DNA of 64,000 nucleotides from Isurus oxyrinchus (lineage: Eukaryota). A program made the translations under genes and the position numbers. Positions 49,350 to 61,547 of this stretch are shown piece after piece; position 1 is the stretch's first letter; the number at the start of each line of letters is the position of its first letter. The stretch spans positions 91,388,001-91,452,000 of the forward strand of contig JANJGN010000009.1 of NCBI GenBank assembly GCA_026770705.1, in the 5' to 3' direction. The notes below the pieces were generated by a model. The model saw only the letters and a list, made by a program, of their open reading frames with translations, had not been told where the DNA came from and searched no databases.

Positions 49350-52300
49350 AAAAACAGAAAATGATGGGCCTGGCAGCATCTATGGAGAGAGAAACAGGGT
49401 TAAGGTTTTGAATCCATATGACCCTACTTCAGAGCTAAAGAAAAGGAGAAATGTGATAGGTTTGATACTATTTAAGAGGAGGTGGAGCAGGTGAAGCAAG
49501 ATGGGAAGGTCAAGGATAGGTCGGTAAGGGATAGGTCATGTTAAGGACTAAAGAAGGTGCTGATAGTGGCAGAATGTGTTAATAGCTGAACAAGGGCGAG
49601 TGCTCTGTGAAAGCACAACACAGGCCTGAATTTTTCCTGCGTCGGGCGGGCTCAGCGGGAGCGGGCGCTCCGCACCTGATTTCATGTGGGTGGGCCAATT
49701 AAGGCACGCCCCGTGTGGATCGCGAGTGGTAGCACTGAGGCTACCTGTGCGGACGGGGGGAGCGGGGAGAGTGGGCCTGGTGCACAGTTTGAGAATGCGC
49801 GTGAAAGAGCACTTCAATCTCCCTGGGACACTGAGCTGCCTTAGGGAGATTGAAGTGCGTTTTGAAAAAATTAATAAATGCAATAAAAATTCAATGAAAC
49901 ATGTCCCCTCATGTGACTGTGTTACATGAGATGGGACACGTTTTTAATTTCAAAAGAACGTTTTTATTTAATTTGTAATACCTCCAGGAAACGTCATCCC
50001 ACTCGTGGATGATGGAGAATACTGGATGCAGGTGAAAGGATCTATTGAATAGGGGGAGGACTCCTGCCCAACGTAGTAAACATGGAGGCGAAGGCAACGG
50101 AAGAAGAGTTCACATCATGTCGAGCCCGAAATTCATTGAGGTAAGCGGAGTACAGAATGTTCAGCATCAGAGAGGGGAAGGTTTGAGGGTATAGTGAGTA
50201 CATGGCAAGGGCTGGCATTGGAAGGGATGGGTCAGAGGGACAGGAAGGAGGGGGGGGAGGGTCCCAGGTGGGCATTGGTATCCCAACAGGACCTGTTGAA
50301 CTCCTGCTCAACAGATCCTTTCACCCACCTCCAGTATTCTTCCTCTGCCTGGACTCCTCCCTCTGGCCTCTTCCCTGCTCTTGATCATTTCATTGAGAAT
50401 TGTCAGCGTGACATCGGCCATCTTAATTTCTCTGCCCCTCTCACCCACTCCAACCTGTCTCCTCCTGAACTTGCTGCACTCGGTTCTCTCAAGTCCAACC
50501 CTGACATTGTTATCAAACCTATCGACAAGGGTGGTTGTTGTCCAGGGTACTGATCTCTACCTTGCAAAGGCTGAATGCCAACTCTTAGACACTTCCTCCT
50601 ACATCCCCCTGGACTGTGACTCCACCACTGAACATCAAGTCATTTTTTCCAGGACTGTCACTGACCTCATCTCCTCTGGAGGTCTTCCCTCCACAGCTTC
50701 CAACCTCATGGTCTCCCAACCCCAGATAGCCCGCCTCTACCTCCTTCCCAAAATGCAAATAGGACTGTCCTGATAGACCAATCGTGTCAGCCTGTTCCTG
50801 CCCCGTGGAACTAATTTCTTCCTATCTCCACGTCCAGTCTCTTTCCACCTACATCTGCAATTCCTCTGATGCCCTACATCATATTAACAGTTTTCAGTTC
50901 CCTGGCCCTAACTGCCTTCATGGACATCCAATCCCTCGACACCTCCATCCCCCACCAGGACATTCTGAGGGCTCTTTGCTTCTTTCTTGAACAGAGGCCT
51001 GAACAATTGCCACCCATCACCACTCTCCTCTATCTGGCTGGATTTGTTCTCTCACTGAACAATTTCTCTTATAACTTGTTGCACTTCCTTCAAACTAAAG
51101 GTGTGGCTATGGGTATCTGCACGGGCCCCAGTTATGCCTGTCTTTTTGTGGGGTATGTGGAAAATTCATTGTTCCAGTCCTACTCAGGCCCCCTCCCACA
51201 ACTTTTTTTAAAATCGGTACATCAGTGACTGCATCGGTGCTACTTCATGCTTTCATCTGGACCTGGAAAAATTTATCAATTTTGCTTCCAATTTCCACCT
51301 CTCACTTTCACATGGTCCATCTCTGACACTTCCCTTCCTTGACCTCTCTGTCTCCATTTCTGGTGATAGACTGTCCATCAATATTCATTACAATCCCAAT
51401 GACTCCCAAAGCTACCTCGACTACAGCTCCTCATACCCTACCTCTTGTAAAAACTCCATCCCATTATCCGAGTTCCTCTGCCTCCGTTGCATCTGTTCCA
51501 ATGATGCCACCATCCAAAACAGCACTTCTGACATGTCTTCCTTTTTCCTTAACCAAGTTTTCTCCCACATTGTGGTTGACAGTGCCCTCAACTGTGTCCA
51601 ACCTGCACCCTTGCTCTCACCCCTTCCCCTCCCTCCCAAAACCATGATAGGGTCCCCCTGGTTCTCACTTTTTACCCCGCCAGCCTCCACATTCAAAGGA
51701 TCATCCTCCGCCATTTCCACCAACTCCAGCATGATGCCACCACACATCTTCCCCTCCCTGGTGGCATAATGTAGGGGCCTCTGTGACATCCTGGTACACT
51801 CCTCTATCCTCCCAACACCTCATCCCCTTCCCAAGGCACCTTCCCATGCAATCGTAGAAGGTGCAACGCCTGCCTGCCCCTTTACCTCCTCCCTCCTCGA
51901 GGCCCCAAACACTCCTTTCAGATGACGCAGCACTTCACTTGCACCTCCTTCAATTTGGCCTACTGTATTCGCTGCTCCCATTGATGTCTCCTGTACATTG
52001 GGGATACTAAACACAGACTGGGTGACGGCTTTGTGAAACACCTTTGCTCAGTCCACAAGCATGACCCAGACCTCCCTGTCGCTTGCCATTTCAACACACC
52101 ACCCTGCTCTCAAGCCCACATGTCCGTCCTTGGCCTGCTGTAATGTTCCAGTGAAACCCAACGCAAACTGGAGGAACAGCACCTCATCTTCCGATTAGGC
52201 ACTTTACAGCCTTCCGGACTTACACATTCAACAACTTCAGACAATGAACTCTCTCCTCCATCCCTACACATTTTTTAATCCAATTTTAAATTTTTTAATA

Positions 52301-52783
52301 TTTTTAATTTTAACTTTTATTTTTATTCTTATTTATTTTCATCTTTATTTATTTATTCAATTTTTAAAAATTCTTTTTCCTCAACCCCCCACCCCACCCC
52401 AACCCACAGGACCATCTGTCCCTTGTTTCTATATTGTGCTTTCAGAGTGCTCATCCTTATTCAGCTATTAACACATTCTGCCACCATTAGGACCTTTAGT
52501 CTTTACCATTACCATGAACACTCCCTTTGTCTTGTGTTCATGACATCCTTGTCAATCTCTCCTTAGTCCCACCTATCCCTCACCTTCTATCCATCTTCAC
52601 TTGCTCCACCCCCTCTTAAACAGTATAAAATCTGTCACATTTCTATTTCTCTTTAGCTCTGAAGAGTCATACAGACTCAAAACGTTAACTTAATTTCTCT
52701 CTCCACAGATGCTGCCACTCCTGCTGAGTTTGCCCAGCATTTTTGGTTTTTATTTCAGATTTCCGTCATCTGCAGTATTTTCA
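49350..52783 (+). mobile_element. Penelope-like element (RT plus GIY-YIG endonuclease, decayed) with inverted 5' segments
   Basis: NPDIVIKPIDKGG, LYLLPK, FMDIQSLDTSIP, NNFSYN...QTKGVAMG..GPSYACLFVG, YCIRC...LYIGDTKHRL; pLTR at about 52450-52783; 49350-49620 and 50011-50300 are inverted. Confidence 0.9.
49623..50012. mobile_element. Partial Harbinger MITE inside the PLE
   Basis: Starts GGCCTGAATTTT; reverse-collinear with 39620-40036. Confidence 0.8.
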
Positions 52784-55075
52784 CAGAATCAAAACAGCAC
52801 AGGAGGCCATTCGGCCCAGCATGTCTGCACCATCTCTCCAAATGGGCATTATGACCTAGTGCCATTGTCTTGCCTTTTCCCTGTACCCTTGCACATCGTT
52901 TCTATTCAGATAATCATCTAATGGCCTCTTGAATGTCTCGATTGAACCTGCCTCCACCACCCTTCCAGGAAGTGCATTCCAGACCCAAACCACTCGCTGT
53001 GTAAAAAAATTTTCCTCTCGTCACACTTGCTTCTTTTGCAAATCACCTTAAATCTGTTTCCTCTCAGTCTTGATCGTTTTATGAGTGGCTTCTCCCTATC
53101 TATGTCTAGCCCCCTCATGATTTTGAGAATCTCTATCAAATCACCTCTCAGCCTTCTTCTGTCCAAGGAAAACATCCCAACCTCTCCAATCCTTCATCGC
53201 TGAAGTTTCTCATCCCTGGGATCATTCTTGTAAACTTCTTCTGCACTCTCTCCAATGTGTTCACATCCTTCCTATAACATGTTGCTCAGAAATTTACACA
53301 ATACTCCAGCTGAGGTCTAACAAGTGTCTTATATAAATTCAGCATAACCTCCCTGCTCTTGTACTCTATGCCCCCATTAACAAAGTCCAGGATACGATAT
53401 GCTTTATTAACTGCTCTCTCCACCTGTCCTGCCACCTTAAATGATCTATGCATATATACATCAAAGTCTTTCTGCTCCTGCACCCCCTTCAAAATTCCAC
53501 TCCTTATTTTGTATTGTCAGTCCATGTTCTTCCTACCAAAACGCATCACCTTAGACTTCTCCACATTGAACTTCATCTGCCACCTATCTGCCCACTCCAC
53601 CAACTTGACTATGTCCTCTTAAAGTTCTACACTGTCCTCCTTGCAGTTCACAACACTCCCAAGCTTCGTATCACCTGCAAACTTTGAAATTGTCCCCTGC
53701 ACACCAAGATCTAGATCATTAATATATTATCAGGAAAAGCAAGGATCCCAATACCCATCCCTGGGGAACTGCACTACAAAGCTTCCTTCAGCACGAAAGA
53801 TATCCATTGGCCATTACCCTCCGCTTCCTATTTTTTAGCCAATTCTGTATCCACGTTACTACAGCCCCTTTTATTCCATGAGCAATAACTTTTCTCACAA
53901 GCCTGTTGTGTGGCACTGTATCAAATGCCTTTTCAAAGTCCATGTACACCACATCACAGCAGTACCCTCAAAGACCTTTTCTGTTACCTCTTCAAAAAAC
54001 TTCAGCAAGTTAGTTAAAAACAATTTCCCCTTTAGAAATCCATGTTGGCTTTTCCTTATCAACCCATATTTTTTCATTTGACTACTAATTCTATCTGGAA
54101 TAATTGTCTACAGAATCCTGCCCACCACTGAAGTTAAACTGACTGCTCTGTAATTGCTCAGCTTATTTTATGACCTTTCTTGAACAAGGGCATAATGTTT
54201 GCAATTCTCCAGTCCTTTGGTACCATCCCTGACTCTAGGGAAGACTGAAAGATTATGTCCAGTGCCCCTGCAATTTCTACTCTCACTTCCTCCAACATCC
54301 TTGGATACACCTCATCCGGTCCCGGTGCCTTGTTAACTTTAAGTATTGACAGTCTATTCAACGCTTCCTCCTTATCAATTCTGAACCTTTCTAGTGACAG
54401 AGTTTCCTCATCTGTCACCATGACCTGGGTAGCATCTACTTCCTTGGTAAAGACGGATGCAAAGTATTCCTTTAATACCTCAGCCACAGCCCCTTTGTCC
54501 ATGTGTAAATTCCCTTTTAGGTCCCTAATCAGCCCTACTCCTCCTTTTACTATTTATATGCCTTTAGAAGACTTTGGGATTCCCCTGTATGTTGGCTGCC
54601 AGTCTTTCCTCATAATTCCTCTTCACTTCTCTAATATGCTTTTTCACCTTCCATCTGAAATTTCTGTATTCCTCTTGGTTGTCAATTATATCTTGTACCT
54701 GACACCTGTCATTAGCGCACTGTTTCTTTTTTATCTTAATTTCTATCTCCTTTTTCATCCAGGAAGCTCTGGACTTGTTTGTCCTACCTTTCTCTTTCGA
54801 TTGAATATACCTTGACTGTGCCCGAACCAGTTCTTTTCGGAAGGTAGCCCATTGTTCAGCTACAGTTTTTCCTGCCAATATTTTGTTCCAGTCTATTTGG
54901 CCCAGCCCTGTTCTTGCCCCTTCAAAGTCGCCTCTTGTCCAGTTAATTATTTTTACTCTGGATTGCAAATCGTCCTTTTCTATCATCATCCTAAAACGTA
55001 CAATACAATGATCACTGTCTCCTAAATGATCCCCCACTGCCTCATTTCCAAGAAACAGGTCCTATAGTGCATCTT

Positions 55076-55466
55076 AAACAAAAACAGAATTACCTGGAAA
55101 AACTCAGCAGGTCTGGCAGCATCGGCGGAGAAGAAAAGAGTTGACGTTTCGAGTCCTCATGACCCTTCGACAGAACTTGATTTCGAGTCCAAGAAAGAGT
55201 TGAAATATAAGCTGGTTTCAGGTGTGTGCGGGGGGGGGGGGGGGGGGGTGGGGGTGGGGGGGCGGAGAGATAGAGAGGGAGAGAGGTGCTTGTGTAGACA
55301 AACAAGCAGTGATAGAAGCAGATCATCAAAAGATGTCAGTGACAATGGTACAAAAGAACACATAGGTGTTAAAGTTAAAGTTGGTGATATTATCTAAACG
55401 AATGTGCTAATTAAGAATGGATGGTAGGGCACTCAAGGTATAGCTCTAGTGGGGGTAAACACCACA
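55076..55466 (-). mobile_element. Young Penelope pLTR fragment inserted in CR1 ORF2
   Basis: Perfect 16-bp TSD TCCTATAGTGCATCTT at 55060-55075 and 55467-55482. Confidence 0.92.
55139..55177 (-). ncRNA. Minimal hammerhead ribozyme-like motif (CUGUCGA core)
   Basis: Identical 39-mer to 34560-34598 and 59632-59670. Confidence 0.7.
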
Positions 55467-57788
55467 TCCTATAGTGCATCTTTTCTTGTTGGATTGGACA
55501 CATGCTGCTGTAGAAAATTCTCCTTAACACAATCTAAGAACTTTTGCTCCTCTCCACCCTTTACACTACCACTGTCCCAGTCTATAATTGGGTAAGTAAA
55601 GTCCCCCATTATAACCACTCAATATGGTCTGCATCTCTCTGTAATTTCCCTGCAGATTTGTTCTTCCAGGCCCTTCTCACTAGTTGGTGGCCTATAGGCT
55701 ACACCGAGCAATGTAATTGCACCTTTTTGTTCCTTAGCTCTAGCCAAATTGATTCTGTCCTTGAACCCTCTGGAACATCCTCTTTCTCCTCCGTTGCAAT
55801 GCTCTCCTTAACAAATACCACCACCCCTCCACTTTTCCAATCTCTTCTGAACACTTTGCACCCAGGAATATTTAACACCCACTTCTGCCTTTCCTTGAGC
55901 CAGTTCTCTGTTATCGCCACAACATCATTATCCCATATGGTAACCTGCACCTATAACTCCCCAATCTTATTTACTACACTCCGTGCATTCACATACATGC
56001 ATAGAAGCCCTGATTTAGATTTTGTTAATTTCTCCCTTACTCCGACTTTACCTATTAACTTACTATTCTCTATACTAGTGCTATCTGTCCCTCCCAGTAT
56101 TTTGTGCACCCTGGTATTCTTCTCTAATATTTTTTCTTGGTTCCCACACCCTTGCCGAGTTAGTTTATAGCCCTCCCACAGCACTAGCAAAATGTCCTGC
56201 AAGGAACTCAGTCCCGGCTCTGTTCAGGTGCAGCCCATCCAGCTTGAAGAGGTGCCATCTCCCCCAGAGCCAGTCCCAGTGTCCCAGGAATCTAAAGCCC
56301 TCTCTCCTGCACCATCTTTCCAGCCATGCATTCATCTGCCTTATCCTCCCATTTCTGCACTCACTGGCATGTGGCACTGGGAGTAATCCGGAGATTACTA
56401 CATTTGAGGTTCTGCTTGTTAATTTTTAACATAGCTCCCTAAATTCTCATTGCAAGACCACATCCCCCTTCCTACCCAAGCCATTGGTACCAATGTGGAC
56501 CATGAACTCTGGCTGATCACCCTCCCCCAGAAGAATGTCCTGCAGCCGCTCTGTGACACCAGGGAGGAAACATATTATCCTGGAGTCACATCTACAGTCA
56601 CAGAAACACCTGTCTGTTTCCCTAACCAATGAATCCCCCATCACTATTGCTCTTCCTTTCTTCTTCCTCCCCTCCTGTACAGCCCAGCCACTCGTGATGC
56701 CACAAACTTGGCCCCGACTGCACTCCTCTGATGAACCATCATCCTCACCAGCTTCCAAAACAGAAAACCAATTTGTGAGCGGGACCCTAGGGGACTCCTG
56801 CACTACCTGCCTACTTCTCTTGGACTACCTGTTAGTCACCTATTTCTCGCTGACTCCAGGCCCTTAAGCTGCGGTGTGACCACCTCTCTGAATGTGCTAC
56901 CCATGGAGCTCTCCGCCTCGTGAATGTGCCACAGTGACTCCAGCCGTCGCTCGAGCTCTGAAACCCAGAGCTCAAGTTTCCGCAGCTGACAGCACTTCTT
57001 GCATATGTGGTCATCCAGGACACTGGTAGCATCCATGACTTTGCACATATTACAGGACACACATTACCCTGCCATGTCTTAGCTTTACTTCCCTTACATT
57101 AACTTTATTCTACTTTGGATTATTTATATTACTTTATTACATTGGCCCTAAACTTCCCTGATCATTGGTGCTTTGCAGTTAAATCCAAATATAGGAACTT
57201 TAAAAATATTACACTTCTCTAATTTACTTACCAGTTCCTATTTACCGAGGCTGCTGCGCTTCTTTGAGAAAAGGTAGAAAAGGAAAGGAGCACCTCCTCC
57301 CTCAATCATCAAACTCCAACGGAAGCACTCTACTGCAGCCAAAAACAGCACTCCAGTGCAGTCAAATTCAGCAATATAAGATATCCTACTTTTATACTCT
57401 CTGAACCTAACCTCTGAAAACCTGATTGAACCAGTTATCGAATTAACTAGTTGCAGTTGCAAGCAAAGCCTGCATGAGCCCTGTTTTAAAGCTGGACTAT
57501 TCACAGGTTCTAATCTTATCTTCAATATGACCTCCTAGAACCTGCTTCTATTGCAGATCCTTAGTTTTAATGTGTAAGTGCCCTTACTATAGAGAAATGT
57601 TTAATAAAGCTATTAGAAGTAAAAAAAAACTCACTTTCCAACCCTAACAGCAACTTTTACTTAATTGCTAAATTAAAAAAAAGACTAGACTTTAAATAGA
57701 ATTTAACCCTTAAACTCCCTGTCACCAAATTCCAACTGAAGCTCTCTAGTGCAGTCAAACACAGCGCTCCAGTGCTTTCATGAACGTA

Positions 57789-59729
57789 ATGAAAACAAAA
57801 AACTGCGGATGCTGGAAATCCAAAACAAAAACAGAATTACCTGGAAAAACTCAGCAGGTCTGGCAGCATCGGCAGAGAAGGAAAGAGTTGATGTTTCGAG
57901 TCCTCATGACCCTTTGACAGAACTGAGTGAATATTAGAAGAGGGGTGAAATATAAGCTGGTTTAAGGGTGGGGGGGGGGGGGGCGTAGGCAGAAGTGGGA
58001 GGGGGCAGTGTGGTTGTAGGGTCAAGCAAGCAGTGATAGGAGCAGATAATCAAAAGATGTCACAGACAAAGGAACAAAGAAGTGTTGAAGGTGGTGATAT
58101 TATCTAAACGAATGTACTAATTAAGAATGGATGGCAGGGCACTCAAGGTACAGCTCTAGTGGGGGTGGGGTGGAAAGACTAGCAGGGCATACAAGATTTA
58201 AAAATAATGGAAATAGGTGGGAAAAGAAAAATCTATATAAATTATTGGAAAAAACAAAAGGAATGGGGAAGAAATGGAAAGGGGGTGGGGATGGAGGAGG
58301 GAGTTCAAGATCTAAAGTTGTTGAATTCAATATTCAGTCCGGAAGGCTGTAAAGTGCCTAGTCGGAAGATGAGGTGCTGTTCCTCCAATTTGCGTTGGGC
58401 TTCACTGGAACAATGCAGCAAGCCAAGGACAGACATGTGGGCAAGAGAGCAGGGTGGAGTGTAAAAATGGCAAGCCACATGGAGGTTTGGGTCTTTCTTG
58501 CGGACAGACAGCAGGTGTTCTGCAAAGCGGTCACCCAGTTTACGTTTGGTCTCTCCAGTGTAGAGGAGACCACATTGGGAGCAACGAATGCAGTAGACTA
58601 AGTTGGGGGAAATGCAAGTGAAATGCTTGTTTCACTTGAAAGGAGTGTTTGGGCCCTTGGATGGTGAGGAGAGAGGAAGTGAAGAGGCAGGTGTTACATC
58701 TTTTGTATGGGCATGGGGAGGTGCCATAGGTAGGGGTTGAGGAGTAGGGGGTGATAGAGGAGTGGACCTGGCTGTCCTGGAGGGAACGATCCCTACGGAA
58801 TGCCGCCGGGGGGGTTGAAGGGAAGATGTGTTTGGTGGTGGCATCATGCTGGAGTTGGCAAAAGATGCAAGACCTGCCCCTTCACTTCCTCTCTCCTCAC
58901 CGTCCAAGGGCCCAAACACTCCTTTCAAGTGAAGCAACATTTCACTTGCATTTCCCCCAACTTAGTCTACTGCATTCGTTGCTCCCAATGCGGTCTCCTC
59001 TATATTGGACAGACCAAACGTAAACTGGGTGACCGCTTTGCAGAACACCTGCTGTCTGTCCGCAAGAAAGACCCAAACCTCCCTGTCGCTTGCCATTTTT
59101 ACACTCCACCCTGCTCTCTTGCCCACGTCTGTCCTTGGCTTGCTGCATTGTTCCAGTGAAGCCCAACGCAAATTGGAGGAACAGCACCTCATCTTCCGAC
59201 TAAGCACTTTACAGCCTTCCGGACTGAATATTGAATTCAACAACTTTAGATCTTGAACTCGCTCCTCCATCCCCACCCCCTTTCCATTTCTACCCCCTTC
59301 CTTTTGTTTTTTCCAATAATTTGTATAGATTTTTCTTTTCCCACCTATTTCCATTATTTTTAAATCTTGTATGCCCTGCTAGTCTTTCCACCCCAACCCC
59401 ACTAGAGCTGTACATTGAGTGCCCTGCCATCCATTCTTAATTAGTATATTCGTTTAGATAATATCACCACCTTCAACACTTCTTTGTTCCTTTGTCTGTG
59501 ACATCTTTTGATTATCTGCTCCTATCACTGCTTGCTTGTCCCTACAACCACACCCCCCGCCCCCCCACCCCCCACTTCTCTCCCCCCACCTTAAACCAGC
59601 TTATATTTTACCCCTCTTCTAATATTCACTCAGTTCTGTCGAAGGGTCATGAGGACTCGAAACGTCAACTCTTTTCTTCTCCGCCGATGCTGCCAGACCT
59701 GCTGAGTTTTTCCAGGTAATTCTGTTTTT
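57789..59729. mobile_element. Fold-back Penelope element: inverted GIY-YIG plus pLTR arms
   Basis: 57823-58700 is the reverse complement of 58864-59729. VYCIRCSQCGLLYIGQTKRKLGDRFAEH. Flanking 13/15 direct repeat GCTTTCAT(G/T)AA(C/T)GTA at 57774-57788 and 59730-59744. Confidence 0.93.
59632..59670 (+). ncRNA. Minimal hammerhead ribozyme-like motif (CUGUCGA core)
   Basis: AGTT-CTGTCGA-A-GGGTC-ATGAG-GACTC-GAAAC-GTC-AACT in PLE sense orientation. Confidence 0.7.
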
Positions 59730-60447
59730 GCTTTCATTAATGTAGGAGGTTTCTGACTAAAGCAGATGACTTTGTAGCCTTCCATTTGTATGAAGTTACC
59801 CACCCCTCCCCCCTAACAAAGTGAGAAAATTCCCCTCCCACATAAAGAGTAAGGAAGCTCCATTTGAAAAAAATGTCCAATATATTTAAGGTTTTTTTGT
59901 ATACTACCCGTCACAGTGTAACACTACTTGTAGTTACAATTTAAATGTACAACACTTTGAGATGACAATCTGATGCATAGAGTTAAGATGATCTGTTCCT
60001 ATTTTATACACTCTTAAACAATTGGGGATGAATTGGAAATACTGAAGTAGTTTTAACATCTCATTTGTGAAAACAATACTTTGCTTTTGACATCAATATT
60101 TTTCAAATCCAGTAGTCTGTACATCACGTCTCTGCATAGGCAGCCATGCTGATAATAATAATACTCTTTAGAATGTAAGCCTCAGGTGTATCGACAAAGG
60201 AGCGTTTTTTTTCCCGAATGTGACTGAGAATAAGCTTCCTCCAGGAGAAAGTTGAACAGTTGCTGTAATCAGACCGTCTTCCTCGGCACGGCTGAACGGA
60301 GTCAGTTCTCCTGCGTTGCGATAGCCATCAACCAGTGCTGACAGTTCCCCCACTCCCCGCAGATAAATAAACCTTCCTGAGAACCAGTTAAAAACAAACG
60401 TTCACATTGCTCCCCACCACCCCCCCACACAAGCCAGCATGAGCTGT

Positions 60448-60558
60448 TCAAAGTGTTGAGGGGAAGGCAGAGGGAGCTCTGGCAGTCCCACTAATGGCGC
60501 TGAAAACATGCAACGAACTCCTCAGCTGGGACTTCACCAAATCGTCTTCTATCAACAT
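60448..60558 (-). CDS. dock11: DOCK11-like (DOCK-D/zizimin family) last coding exon MLIEDDLVKSQLRSSLHVFSAISGTARAPSAFPSTL*
   Basis: Pyrimidine tract plus ttccaag| acceptor, phase 0. LHVFxAISGT matches the DOCK9/DOCK11 C-terminal motif. Lies upstream of, and on the same strand as, an IL13RA1-like gene, as for human DOCK11-IL13RA1. Confidence 0.85.
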   Translation of the reverse strand: MLIEDDLVKSQLRSSLHVFSAISGTARAPSAFPSTL

Positions 60559-61547
60559 CTTGGAAAACAGGCAAAGAAAGAAAATGATTGCAGTTACTAG
60601 GGATGCAATAACATTTCAAATCAACATGATACTGAAATACACATGCATCATAAATATTTATATCATAGATGCAGAGCAGCATTCAGCTCTGGAGGAGAAA
60701 ATGACTTGTTCACATCGGGCAAGGATCAGAATGGTCACTGAGATTTAGCTGCCACTTGATCCAAATTATGAAATGAGGCCCCGGGCCTAGTTGGGGCTTG
60801 TGTGGTCCTGAAGGGGTCATAGCCCAACTCTACCTTCACACAGTGCAGCCAGGAGGGTACTAAACATACTCTGTAATTACAGAAACTCCCATGTTACTTG
60901 TTAAAAGGGTGACATATGCACTGGTACACAAGGATTTTATTCCAATTGGGGAATACTGAAGTGGTTGATGGTTAGGGTTAGATGGGAGAGAAGTGCAGCT
61001 ACACTCAAAGATGGATTTGACAAACCCTCATCAGTTTGAGGAGCTGAATCTGTGTCCACCATTCTTCTCTCAGGAATTCAGATGCACAGAGACCAAAGGA
61101 ACACATGGGGAGTATACGTCCAAATCTCTTTCCATCTATATCTTGGCTTTTACATTAGGTTTGAAGCATAAAATCTGGAGTGCATTTACCCATTAACGTC
61201 TTCAGCACTTCATAATAAGCAAGCATGTTTGAAGTAAAGGGAGAGAACAAAAGGTTAATAAACATTGCACACCGGAAACAGTTGAGCAAAGAATAGAAAA
61301 GATATTAAGTTCATTGAATGATCAGTGAAAATGTTTTGTGCAAATATAAGGTTCTAGGAATGGCAGCAGACCATTCAGCCCCTCAATCATGTTTCACCAT
61401 TCAAATAGATCATGGATGATCTGTACCTCAACACCAATTACCCACCATCGCATCATACAATATTTTCCTGTGTGGTTTGTCTTCAATTCCATTTTCCCTA
61501 TCTTCCCTAAAGTGTTTAAATAAGGACTTATCCAAAACTTTCAAGTG

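Larger units (their letters stand above)
52785..57773 (-). mobile_element. Near full-length CR1 LINE (5' UTR, ORF1, ORF2, 3' UTR), decayed
   Basis: ORF1: CxxC...CxxC plus coiled coil, SGNH esterase (IVMGDSLVR, VHIGTN, DGLHLN). ORF2: YVNARS, AITENWL, LGDSDH, APGPDE, SQHGF, LVRPQLEYC, RRLRGDLIE. Confidence 0.95.

Noticed and set aside
56165-57062. SGNH esterase and zinc-finger ORFs as a host enzyme gene
   Set aside because: They are CR1 ORF1, directly upstream of ORF2 in a full-length LINE, and are frameshifted.
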